Shown: in pieces, positions 23,512-31,909 of the stretch
Position numbering within the stretch: the first letter of the stretch is position 1
Layout of the letters: each line of letters starts with the position of its first letter
Assembly: GCF_000092105.1 (NCBI RefSeq)
Contig: NC_014148.1
Span: 1,020,001-1,052,000, forward strand
Reading direction: 5' to 3'
DNA from: Planctopirus limnophila DSM 3776
Lineage (GTDB): Bacteria > Planctomycetota > Planctomycetia > Planctomycetales > Planctomycetaceae
DNA: 32,000 nt
Translations under genes and position numbers: made by a program
Notes under the pieces: model-generated
Seen by the model: the letters and a program-made list of their open reading frames with translations, nothing else
Database searches by the model: none
Told to the model about the DNA's origin: nothing

Positions 23512-23568
23512 CGGCATTCTTTGGAGTGGTGTAATTTGTCTGTTTTCCGTTGGCTTCGATGACGCCAA

Positions 23569-24210
23569 TCAGAGTGCTTTCGCAAACTGGCAACCAGCGT
23601 AAACGGTGGCAGCACATTGAATCGCTTCGAGAATGGCTTCGTCGGCCAGACCCAGTTGACGGGCTTTGGCCACATGTCCTTCCGTGCAAGGTTTGCAGCC
23701 ATTGACATCACTGACGGTGATGTTGATCAACTCGACTTCAGTATCTGTCAGGCTGGTGCCGGCAAACGTATGGGCTCTGAGTCCCACGGGCATGCCACTG
23801 AAAAGATCACTGCCACTTAAATCGCGAAATTTGAAGAAGACGTTGTACATCGCACAGGTGGCTTGAACGGCAAGAGCATCGGCGACGAACTGAGATTGGG
23901 CCGATTCACTCCCTTCGACCAGGTTTCGCAGACGCTGGGCAAAAAATTCCGTCATCGACTTCACACCGGCTGTATGGCTGACTGCCAGTCCAATCAAGGC
24001 TTTGTCTTTGAGGCTGAGTTTGCCCTGGGTATAGCAGAACTTCTTGAAGTTCATGTAGTAGTCATTGACGAATGACGGCACGATGGCCATGTGATGAAAG
24101 AACTCCGGGATGGAATCTGTCCCGAAGACTTCGGCCAGCCTGGATAACGTCTGCTGGGCTTTCTCATCAATTTCTGCTGGTGTGCGTGCAGGCCAGTAAG
24201 GATGCATCAT
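23569..24210 (-). CDS. AhpD-like alkylhydroperoxidase / carboxymuconolactone decarboxylase family protein
   Basis: The long ORF begins at 24381, but its N-terminal 57 aa look non-native. ATGs at 24210 and 24207 give MMHPYWPARTP.... The C-terminal CMD-type motif reads LINITVSDVNGCKPCTEGHVAKARQLGL (CxxC). It lies directly downstream of the peroxiredoxin gene. Confidence 0.78.
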   Translation of the reverse strand: MMHPYWPARTPAEIDEKAQQTLSRLAEVFGTDSIPEFFHHMAIVPSFVNDYYMNFKKFCYTQGKLSLKDKALIGLAVSHTAGVKSMTEFFAQRLRNLVEGSESAQSQFVADALAVQATCAMYNVFFKFRDLSGSDLFSGMPVGLRAHTFAGTSLTDTEVELINITVSDVNGCKPCTEGHVAKARQLGLADEAILEAIQCAATVYAGCQFAKAL

Positions 24211-24392
24211 GATTCCTGTCAAAAAGATGTGGGAATAAACGCTCGATATGAGATGGTTGGAGCGCTGTCGAGTAAAGAAAACAGCCACTGGGAACGCTCG
24301 AAGTCCGAACGTTCCAGGGCTGTATTCGTACGATGTGAGAATCTTCCTGCCGGAAGATCGAGACTGATGTACCGACACCAACTGATAAGGAA

Positions 24393-24935
24393 CTAGTTGA
24401 GTGTTGACTCACCTTTTTTCCAGTTGCAGGGGCAAAGCTTGTCTGTCTGGAGCGCATCGAGGACTCGCAGAACTTCTTCCACACTGCGGCCCACGGAGAG
24501 ATCGTGAACGGCGAGCCAGCGGACGGTACCAGTGGGGTCGATCAGGAAAATGCCGCGATAGGCAATGCCCTGCTCTTCGTCGAGGACGCCATAAGCCGTT
24601 GAGAGCGTGTGAGCCGTGTCGGCGAGCATCAGATGCTTGAGGGTTGCCAGGTCTTTATGGCTATCGCACCAGCCTTTGTGAGAGAACACGCTGTCTGTGC
24701 TGGCTGTGAGGAGTACGCAATCGCGATCAGTAAAGTCGCCGACCGCATTGTCGAAAGCGACAATTTCCGTCGGGCAGACAAATGTGAAATCGAGTGGATA
24801 GAAGTAGAGGCAAACCCACTTCCCACGAAGATCAGCCAGACTCACCTTGGTGAACTGGGCATCGGTATTGTCTTTGGTACGGTCATAGGCTTGAACCGAG
24901 AAGTCTGGAGCAGGCTTACCAACGCGAGCAGTCAT
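24393..24935 (-). CDS. ahpC: Typical 2-Cys peroxiredoxin (AhpC/Prx1 type)
   Basis: The ATG at 24935 is preceded by AGGTGGA. The protein starts MTARVGKPAPDF, has the peroxidatic-Cys motif FYPLDFTFVCPTEI, and has a resolving Cys in KLCPCNW. Confidence 0.9.
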   Translation of the reverse strand: MTARVGKPAPDFSVQAYDRTKDNTDAQFTKVSLADLRGKWVCLYFYPLDFTFVCPTEIVAFDNAVGDFTDRDCVLLTASTDSVFSHKGWCDSHKDLATLKHLMLADTAHTLSTAYGVLDEEQGIAYRGIFLIDPTGTVRWLAVHDLSVGRSVEEVLRVLDALQTDKLCPCNWKKGESTLN

Positions 24936-25159
24936 TATCAATTCCACCTTGTAAGAACACGAAATCATTCAAAACCGATTGAGTGCAGACTCAAATTGGC
25001 TGAATGGTTGATCATTTGGCCAATCAGTCACTGGATACTGCCTGTGCTGACTGAACTAAGTATAGCCTGCCAAGGATGGCAGACAAACCCTGCGGAGACA
25101 ATGCCTTCGATAGGTTTTCCCTATGAGTGTCGCCCGCCGGAATCTGATCATGGAGGCGA

Positions 25160-25201
25160 TTCGTCAACAAATTAACCCTGGAAAACGGAGAGTTTCCAGG
25201 G
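25160..25201 (-). terminator. Rho-independent terminator after the beta-propeller gene
   Basis: The 9-bp stem is CCCTGGAAA (25176-25184) / TTTCCAGGG (25193-25201). On the minus strand it is followed by TTAATTTGTTG. It lies 73 nt past the stop at 25274. Confidence 0.6.
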
Positions 25202-25273
25202 TTAAGCGTGTGAATTTCCAGCCAGTTCAGATGCTTTGCGGAATCAACTGGCTGCTATCAATTCGCTGTTCAG

Positions 25274-26509
25274 TTAGAAACCTGCCGGGATCTTGAGCAG
25301 GCCACCTTTGGGCTTATCGCCAGTCTCTTTACCGAGACCGAAGACAGTCACATAGGCGTTGCCATCTTTATCGAAAGCCAGGGCTGTCGGTCGATCGAGT
25401 GAAAGCACCTTTTTGGGCTTGATCTCTTCGCCTTCGATCACGAGTTCAAAAAGCCCGCCCTGTGTGGGATCTGGCCAGGCAAAATCGACAGCGTAAAGTT
25501 TGCCATTGGGGGCGTAAGCCAAACCGGTAATATCGTGCAAACCTGTCTTGTAGTTCTTGAGCAGTTTGCCGTCTTCTGGATTGTAGAACGTCACGAGTGA
25601 ATCGCCGGCGACGTTGACTTCGCCACCTTGACTGATGACGAGTTCTTTTCCATCAGGTGTGACAGTGGCTGCGATCGGGGCATCAACATTGACTGCTTCT
25701 TTAGTCGCGAGCCATGGTTCGAGGTTGCCTGGCTTGCCGTCGGTGATGACAGAACGGGCGACCCAGCCTTTGGCATCGTTGCCATTGGCCGTGACGTAAA
25801 AGCTGTTTCCAATGACTGCAACGCCGTAAAAATTGCCTTCACCTTTGGGGCTGGCATCTCCAGGGGCGATGGGGCCCACGGTGAATTCCGCATCGGTTTC
25901 TTTGCGGGGAGGGCCGGGAGTTTTGTCTTCGATCTTGTAGATTCGAACAAGCTCTTCACCATCAGGGCGGCTGCCATCTGCCACAATCAGCTTGTCAGTC
26001 CCCAGCAAGGCGACACCCAATGGCCCGATATCGTACTTGGGGCCTTTGCCGTAGACATCTGTCGGGAAGCCTTCGACTTCGAGGAAGATCTTGTGAGGTT
26101 TCCCTTGAACCAGTCGAAAGACACCCTGCTTGGAGACGATGAAAACGTGGCCATTTCCACCATGAATGGCGACGCCCGTGGGGTTATCCAGGTGCTCGAC
26201 CAGTTCTACGGTCTTGGGTGCTGCAGGAGCTTCCGCTGGTTTGGTTTCAGCTGGTTTGGTTTCTTCAGGCTTGCCTGATTCAGGCTTGGCCTGTTCGGGC
26301 TTAACGTCGACCTTTGGGGTATCAGCCTTGGCTTCTTCGACCTTGGGAGCCTCGACCTGTGGTGCTTCGGCTTTGGGAGCTTCAGCCTTCGGGGCTTCTG
26401 CGGGTGCAGGAGTTTCCTGAGCACTGATTGAGGTCATTGTGATTGCTGAAACCAGCAATGCTGAAGCCAAACTTCGTGCCGATGGGAGTTCATTCATCCA
26501 GAAACGCAT
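25274..26509 (-). CDS. Secreted beta-propeller (NHL/SGL-like repeat) protein with a PKAEA-type repetitive linker
   Basis: ATG at 26509 follows GAGGAACGAGGG. A signal peptide is followed by a ~70-aa Ala/Pro/Lys/Glu tandem-repeat linker (APKAEAPKAEAPQVEAPKVEEAK...KPAETKPAE). After that come repeated blade-like units such as PTGVAIHG..., PLGVALLG..., FYGVAV..., ITGLAYAPNGKLYAVD and PTALAFDKDGNAYVT. Confidence 0.7.
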   Translation of the reverse strand: MRFWMNELPSARSLASALLVSAITMTSISAQETPAPAEAPKAEAPKAEAPQVEAPKVEEAKADTPKVDVKPEQAKPESGKPEETKPAETKPAEAPAAPKTVELVEHLDNPTGVAIHGGNGHVFIVSKQGVFRLVQGKPHKIFLEVEGFPTDVYGKGPKYDIGPLGVALLGTDKLIVADGSRPDGEELVRIYKIEDKTPGPPRKETDAEFTVGPIAPGDASPKGEGNFYGVAVIGNSFYVTANGNDAKGWVARSVITDGKPGNLEPWLATKEAVNVDAPIAATVTPDGKELVISQGGEVNVAGDSLVTFYNPEDGKLLKNYKTGLHDITGLAYAPNGKLYAVDFAWPDPTQGGLFELVIEGEEIKPKKVLSLDRPTALAFDKDGNAYVTVFGLGKETGDKPKGGLLKIPAGF

Positions 26510-26793
26510 CCCTCGTTCCTCTCATCTAAATAAGGTCTGGTTCGTCCTGTTGTGGCATTCCATTTCGAAGATATTCAACTTGCGGTCATGATTCGAAGGG
26601 ATTCTTCCGAGTGAGCCGCCTGCTGCTTCGTTCCAACAACTCGAATCGAGCCAGATTGTGTCTGGCAACTGATCGAATTGTCTCCTTCAGACTTACGATG
26701 CTAACTCGATATGGTGGCGAAAGCAAAGCGGTTAGGTGCGTAAGAAGTTACTGCGGTATCGAGCCTGTTGAGGTTGTCTGGCTTGTCGGGCGG

Positions 26794-27804
26794 TTATTGG
26801 GGGAGTTCGGGCTTGGTGATAATAGGAAGATCCGGGCTGGATAACCCTTCCCGCATGAAGATGACCAGAGCCGCTTTTTCTGCGTCCGTCAACTTGAGCG
26901 GGAAGATTTCTTCATCGAGGTAATCGTTGGGAGTGCCCCCTTTGTTGTAATGCTCGACCACTTCTTCGAGTGTCTTGAGACTGCCATCATGCATGTAGGG
27001 AGCAGTACGAGCAACTTCTCTTACTGTCGGAGTTTTGAAGGCCCCCTGATCGGCTTCCAGCTTGGAGATCGCAGCACGACCCGCATCCTGGCTGCCAATA
27101 CCGATGTTATGGAAGGCGTTATCAGTCAGGTTGGCTCCGCTGTGGCAGGCACTGCAATTGGCTTTTCCGAAGAAGAGAGCCCGCCCCAGTTCGAGCGTCG
27201 GGTTCCAGTTTGTCGTATCGCCGGCAACAAAACGGTCATAAGGCGAGTTGTTGGAAACAATAGTTCTTTCAAAAGCGGCAATCGCCTTAGCCATGTTTTC
27301 CGCAGTGACATCCGTCCCAAAAACTTTCTGGAACTGAGCACGATACCCCGGCACTTCATTCAGACGTTTAACGAGTTCATCGAGTGTCATCCCCATTTCA
27401 ATCGGGTTCTGCATGGGTCCCAGGGCTTGCTCTTCGAGAGTCTTGGAGCGTCCATCCCAGAACTGAAACTTGTGGTACGCGCTGTTAATGATCGAAGGGG
27501 AATTCCGATTTCCACGCTGGCCGCCAATCCCTTGAGAGTTGGACTCACCGTCGCTGTACCCTTTTTCCGGATTATGGCAACTGGCGCAAGAGACTTCCTG
27601 AGTTTTCGAAAGCCGGGGGTCGAAGAAGAGTTGCCGACCCAGTTCGACTTTTTCTGGCGTCGAAGGATTGTTGGCTGGTGAAGTCACTTGAGGGAGTGGC
27701 CAGGGGCCATTGTTCGCGACTGCCAGATGAGTCGATGGACCATGAATGGAAAGCCCGCAGGCCAGAATCAATGTCAAAACCCCTAAACTACGTTGCTGCA
27801 TCAT
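26794..27804 (-). CDS. Di-haem cytochrome c peroxidase (CCP/MauG family)
   Basis: ATG at 27804 follows AAGGAG, with a signal peptide. There are two CxxCH haem motifs (CASCHNP and CSACHSG), plus FKTPTVREVARTAPYMHDGSLKTLEEVVEHY, which is typical of bacterial CCPs. Confidence 0.9.
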   Translation of the reverse strand: MMQQRSLGVLTLILACGLSIHGPSTHLAVANNGPWPLPQVTSPANNPSTPEKVELGRQLFFDPRLSKTQEVSCASCHNPEKGYSDGESNSQGIGGQRGNRNSPSIINSAYHKFQFWDGRSKTLEEQALGPMQNPIEMGMTLDELVKRLNEVPGYRAQFQKVFGTDVTAENMAKAIAAFERTIVSNNSPYDRFVAGDTTNWNPTLELGRALFFGKANCSACHSGANLTDNAFHNIGIGSQDAGRAAISKLEADQGAFKTPTVREVARTAPYMHDGSLKTLEEVVEHYNKGGTPNDYLDEEIFPLKLTDAEKAALVIFMREGLSSPDLPIITKPELPQ

Positions 27805-28165
27805 GGCTCAATCTCCTTTAAGCATAGTATTTATACTATACCGTCTTGACGCATTCCCCATCAATCGAGTGCATTCATCGCGATGAGCACTTTATTAGTT
27901 CTGGAAGGCAATTGAATAGCTCGCCATTGATTTTACTGAAATTCGACGTAGGTGAAACACCTGAAAATCCCACGAAGCGTGGGTGCCGTCGGAACCAGCG
28001 ACCGCCTGATGGAATTGAGCGTGTAGGTTTTGAACAGGCTGGTGAAGATCTGAACTTCGACTGAGTGGCAGTCCTGTGGACTCATGCCAGCAGTGTGTCC
28101 AAATCAATACCCGCTGCATGTGGGACGATCTCGTCTGTCAACCTGGCAAATCCTGGGGAATTCGC

Positions 28166-28669
28166 GTGGACGTTCGCTTTGTTAATCCCATCATACGCGC
28201 TGCCACATCTCTGTTTGCTCAGATGCTCAGATCACCTCTGGATCTGGGGAAACCAGGATTGGCTCCTCGCAGACCCTATAGTGGGGTGACCGGTGTCATC
28301 GAGATTCGTGGCGGTATCGTCGGGACGATCGCTTTGAATCTCAGCAATCACCTTGCGATTGCTGCTGCCAGCACGATGCGCGAAGAAAAAATTCGCGAAG
28401 TCAACACAGAGGTCTTCGATGCCATTGGCGAAATGGTCAACATTATCGCCGGACAGGCGAAGTCAGAACTGGCCGCTCATCAACTGTCACTGGGGCTGCC
28501 GACAGTGCTCAAAGATCGACTGCACATGGTGCGATTCAGCGGCACACCCGTTGTACGAGTGCCGCTCTATTCCAAATGGGGACCTTTAACGATCGATTTT
28601 TCCATGATTGCGCAGCCCAATCGCGGCCAAACAGTACCCGCGAGGATGACTGTGCCTGTCATCCGCTGA
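28166..28669 (+). CDS. cheX: CheX-like chemotaxis phosphatase domain protein
   Basis: The ORF is open from 28076. I prefer the GTG at 28166 (after GGGGA) because (M)DVRFVNPIIRAATSLF aligns with the usual CheX N-terminus. Other matches are GVTGVIEIRGGIVGTIALNLS and AIGEMVNIIAGQAKSEL. Alternative starts are 28076 and 28118. Confidence 0.72.
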   Translation: MDVRFVNPIIRAATSLFAQMLRSPLDLGKPGLAPRRPYSGVTGVIEIRGGIVGTIALNLSNHLAIAAASTMREEKIREVNTEVFDAIGEMVNIIAGQAKSELAAHQLSLGLPTVLKDRLHMVRFSGTPVVRVPLYSKWGPLTIDFSMIAQPNRGQTVPARMTVPVIR

Positions 28670-28684
28670 GGCGAACATCAACTG

Positions 28685-29953
28685 CTACAAGCAGAGTTCA
28701 ATCATGGAAAAGTCGTCCACAAAATCTGCCGATCCCTGGAAGGCTTGCAGCGATTCTCGAATGGCTGATACTCGCTGGCTGGATCGGTGGGCATTTTTCT
28801 CGATGGTTTGGATTAAGCCTTGAATCCCCAGACTTTCACCTGCTGGTGAATCCAGTTCAAAGGCACCATCGCTGTAAACATAGAGCCTGGCCCCTTGCTG
28901 AACTCGCACGCGTTCTGCCTGATAAGGAAAGTCGGCTGCCGCTCCGATCATGATCTGATTGGAAACGAGCTTTGTGCAGGGCCCGCCGGGACGTTGCCAC
29001 AACAGGGCGGGTGGATGACCTGCTGCGCCATACTCCAGTTCTCGTCGTCCTGTGTGAAACACTCCGTACCACAAGGTGAGAAACTTTCCATTGTGCTCTT
29101 CCATCGGGAATGCTGAATTCATGGCGCACAGCACCGATTCGACATCGGTAAAGCAGATCCCGGGCAAGGCCTGTCTGCGGAGTGCATTCAGGGCAGAAAC
29201 GGAAAGCAGTGATGCTCCGACTCCATGCCCACTCACATCGAGCAGGTAAATCGCCAGTTCTTCTTCACTGATCCAGTGATAGCCGAAGAGATCTCCACCC
29301 AGTTCCGAGCAGGCCACCAGCTCGTGACTGGTGGAGATTGATTCCGTCAGCGGGGTCGGAAGCAGCGAGTGAATGTATTCTGCCGCATCTCGCAACTCAT
29401 TCTGCAGTAAAGCCTGAGTCTGTAGGAGTTGGGCACGGACTTCGAGGAGCTTTTTCTGAGCCGAAATCAGATCGAGCATTTGAAACTGCTGCTCGACGAG
29501 ATGGGCCAGTTCTTTGAGTGGTGCATCATCAAATGGCTTCTCAAAGGGGACCGTATCCGCCATGCAAAGTGTCCCCACGGGCTGCCCGGTCGGACCTGAG
29601 AGGCGAAGACCGGCATAGAACCTCAAATGAGGGGCTTCCAGCACCATCGGGTTATCGGCAAAGCGGCTATCTTGCGTCAGATCAGGAACAACCAGTGGTT
29701 CCTGCTGAGCAATTGCATGGCCACAAAATGAGATACTGCGAGGTGTTTCGAGAATTTCGAGGCCGACCCGAGCCTTGAACCATTGTCGATCACGATCGAC
29801 CAGCGAAATGTAAGCGATCGGAACCTTGTAGACGGCTCTTAAGGCACGAATGATTGAGTCGTAGCGGTCTTCGGGCGGGGTGTCCAGCAGTTCCAGGGCA
29901 TACAACTCCTGGATTCGCTGCTCTTCGTTGGGCAGATGGGGGGCCGAAAGCAT
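28685..29953 (-). CDS. GAF domain-containing PP2C/SpoIIE-family protein phosphatase (RsbU-like)
   Basis: ATG at 29953. The N-terminal GAF pattern reads EEQRIQELYALELLDTPPEDRYDSI...VPIAYISLVDRDRQWFKA...FCGHAI...RFYAG. A coiled linker follows. The SpoIIE/PP2C motifs are ELGGDLFGY and IYLLDVSGHGVGASLLS. Confidence 0.88.
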   Translation of the reverse strand: MLSAPHLPNEEQRIQELYALELLDTPPEDRYDSIIRALRAVYKVPIAYISLVDRDRQWFKARVGLEILETPRSISFCGHAIAQQEPLVVPDLTQDSRFADNPMVLEAPHLRFYAGLRLSGPTGQPVGTLCMADTVPFEKPFDDAPLKELAHLVEQQFQMLDLISAQKKLLEVRAQLLQTQALLQNELRDAAEYIHSLLPTPLTESISTSHELVACSELGGDLFGYHWISEEELAIYLLDVSGHGVGASLLSVSALNALRRQALPGICFTDVESVLCAMNSAFPMEEHNGKFLTLWYGVFHTGRRELEYGAAGHPPALLWQRPGGPCTKLVSNQIMIGAAADFPYQAERVRVQQGARLYVYSDGAFELDSPAGESLGIQGLIQTIEKNAHRSSQRVSAIRESLQAFQGSADFVDDFSMIELCL

Positions 29954-30191
29954 ACTGAGAACCTTAACGACAGCGTGGTCGAACAGGTTCTCAGCATGGT
30001 TATTCAGCCATCGGTCAACAAGTCAGGCGTGATGAATTTGAGGGGGATCTGAACGTGTGGCGCAACGTCGGGGCGAACATCCGTGCTCGACCCGCGCTGC
30101 ATCTTTAGCACCTGATCTGAATGGAAGTCCGTCCCCATTGCAGACCAGGCGATCTCCTCAAAGAAAGTTCAGCTTGAATGACAAGGCCTTT

Positions 30192-30986
30192 TCAGGCAGC
30201 CACCTTCTGGCGACCTGTCATTGGAATGACAGCTGGCATGTTGCCCATACGGCAAGCACCCACGAATTCCTGGAACAACTGCATGTCGAGAGCACTGGCG
30301 GTGTCATCTTCCGGATGCCATTGCACACCAATGCAGAACCAGTCCGGGTCAGTTGATTCATAAGCTTCAATCACACCGTCTGGTGAGCAGGCTGAGGCAC
30401 GGAAGCCTTGAGCTAACTGATTGACAGCCATGTGATGATCGCTGTTGACGCGGATTTCACCAGGGCCGTAAACATCCCAGACACGGGTTCCTTCGGTAAT
30501 CTCAATAATATGGCGATTACATTTTTCGACCGAATCGCGGTGGTGCAGAGCACGGGGAACTTCTTCCGGAACGTGCTGGAAGATCGAGCCACCCAGCACA
30601 ATATTCAGCGTCTGCATGCCCGAGCCGATCGCCAGGATTGGCAGCTTCATTTCGACAGCCATCTTGCAGAGCAAGCGATCAAAATCTTCCCGGCGTTGTG
30701 GCATGGGGCGAGTGTGTGGGTGCGGTTCCAAACCCAGGCGAACGGGGTCAAGATCGTGACCACAACCGGCCAGAACCACGCCATCCACCGAGTCGAGAAT
30801 CTGCTTCAAATCGTCCGTATCTTCCAGTGGAGGGGTCAGAATCGGTAAAGCACCAGCGGCGGTGACTGAGTCGTAATAGCCGGTGTTAAACCAGCTCAGT
30901 GCCGGGCCGTCTTTCTTCTTGGGGCGAAAATCCCCATTGAGCAGAACAACGGGCTTGGAAATAGGTTCAGCAACTTTGCGACTCAT
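30192..30986 (-). CDS. Class-I glutamine amidotransferase-like / peptidase C26 (PuuD-like gamma-glutamyl hydrolase) family protein, nucleophile Cys absent
   Basis: ATG at 30986 follows AAGGAAG. The family pattern is GVVLAGCGHDLDP, PILAIGSGMQTLNIVLGGSI and the His-Glu motif IGVQWHPE. The usual G-x-C-x-G-x-Q nucleophile elbow reads A-I-G-S-G-M-Q. Confidence 0.82.
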   Translation of the reverse strand: MSRKVAEPISKPVVLLNGDFRPKKKDGPALSWFNTGYYDSVTAAGALPILTPPLEDTDDLKQILDSVDGVVLAGCGHDLDPVRLGLEPHPHTRPMPQRREDFDRLLCKMAVEMKLPILAIGSGMQTLNIVLGGSIFQHVPEEVPRALHHRDSVEKCNRHIIEITEGTRVWDVYGPGEIRVNSDHHMAVNQLAQGFRASACSPDGVIEAYESTDPDWFCIGVQWHPEDDTASALDMQLFQEFVGACRMGNMPAVIPMTGRQKVAA

Positions 30987-31423
30987 GGCACTTCCTTGTG
31001 CTAAGGTTGAACTTCAACCTGAAAAATGCTGGCACTCCCCCCTTAGGAATACCCAGCACGGGGTACGAATCCATTCGATGCAATCAACAGACCACCAATC
31101 AGCAGATCAAACCCTGTTGCCATTCATGGCGAAGACAAACTTGCATGCAGTACACGGATGTCGATTTGATAATGAAGACCGGCTCGAACACTTTGGCCAA
31201 GATTTGAACATTGGCCGAGTGGCAAGAATTGCCGTTGACTGCAATACAAATAATTACAGTTTCGGAAGACTGCAACGATTTCAACGATTTTGCGGCCTTT
31301 GCTGGATAGGCATACTACATCTTGTGTCTTGCAATCTGGTTCGATGGGTTGCAGAAAGTTCTTTTTGAGTCGAATGATGCACGACTTCCGTTTTTTGAGG
31401 CTTCTCTTCCAGGTGATCAATTG

Positions 31424-31909
31424 ATGTTTGAAGAAGAACTTAAAGTGTTTCTTGAAAATGAGTTAGAAACCTTGAAGGCCGGTCGGTTTCTTGGAATGAG
31501 CTGTCAGCAGCCCCTGATCGTATTGCTCTCGGGGCAGCTCGGGGCGGGAAAAACGACACTCACGCGCGGGATCGTGGAGGGATTGGGCGGAGTGATTGAC
31601 GATGTTTCCAGCCCCACTTTCACGCTGATCCATGAATATCAGGCTCGTCTCAGTGTCTATCACCTGGATACTTACCGGCTGAAAACCTCAGCCGAGTTCT
31701 TTGAACTGGGGGTCGATGAACTGCTGGAATCTGAGGCCGTCGTGCTGATTGAATGGCCTGAGCTTGTCAGTGAGTACCTGCCAGCGGATCGACTGGAAAT
31801 CGAGATTGTTCATCAACCCGAAAACACCCGGGAGTTAACGGCCAAAGCGACGGGGCCCACCTCTTGCCCAGTGCTCGAAAGATGGCAGGAACTCTTGGGA
31901 GCCCCGTAG
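31424..31909 (+). CDS. tsaE: tRNA threonylcarbamoyladenosine (t6A) biosynthesis ATPase TsaE
   Basis: The ORF is open from 31322, but the first 34 aa look non-native. The ATG at 31424 gives a 161-aa protein with the P-loop LSGQLGAGKTTLTRGI, then SPTFTLIHEY and HLDTYRL, as in TsaE/YjeE. Confidence 0.88.
   Translation: MFEEELKVFLENELETLKAGRFLGMSCQQPLIVLLSGQLGAGKTTLTRGIVEGLGGVIDDVSSPTFTLIHEYQARLSVYHLDTYRLKTSAEFFELGVDELLESEAVVLIEWPELVSEYLPADRLEIEIVHQPENTRELTAKATGPTSCPVLERWQELLGAP

Noticed and set aside
26200-26420. CRISPR-like or other non-coding tandem repeat array
   Set aside because: The short tandem units are in frame within the beta-propeller gene and encode its Ala-Pro-Lys-Glu linker. They have no spacer structure. 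No CRISPR-like repeat-spacer array is visible anywhere in the window.
30883-31420. ORFs 30883..31368 (+, 161 aa) and 31124..31420 (-, 98 aa) in the amidotransferase/tsaE divergent region
   Set aside because: The first overlaps the 5' end of the amidotransferase-like gene in antisense. Both have odd compositions, no ribosome-binding site and no recognisable motif. The region is better explained as a long regulatory intergenic region.
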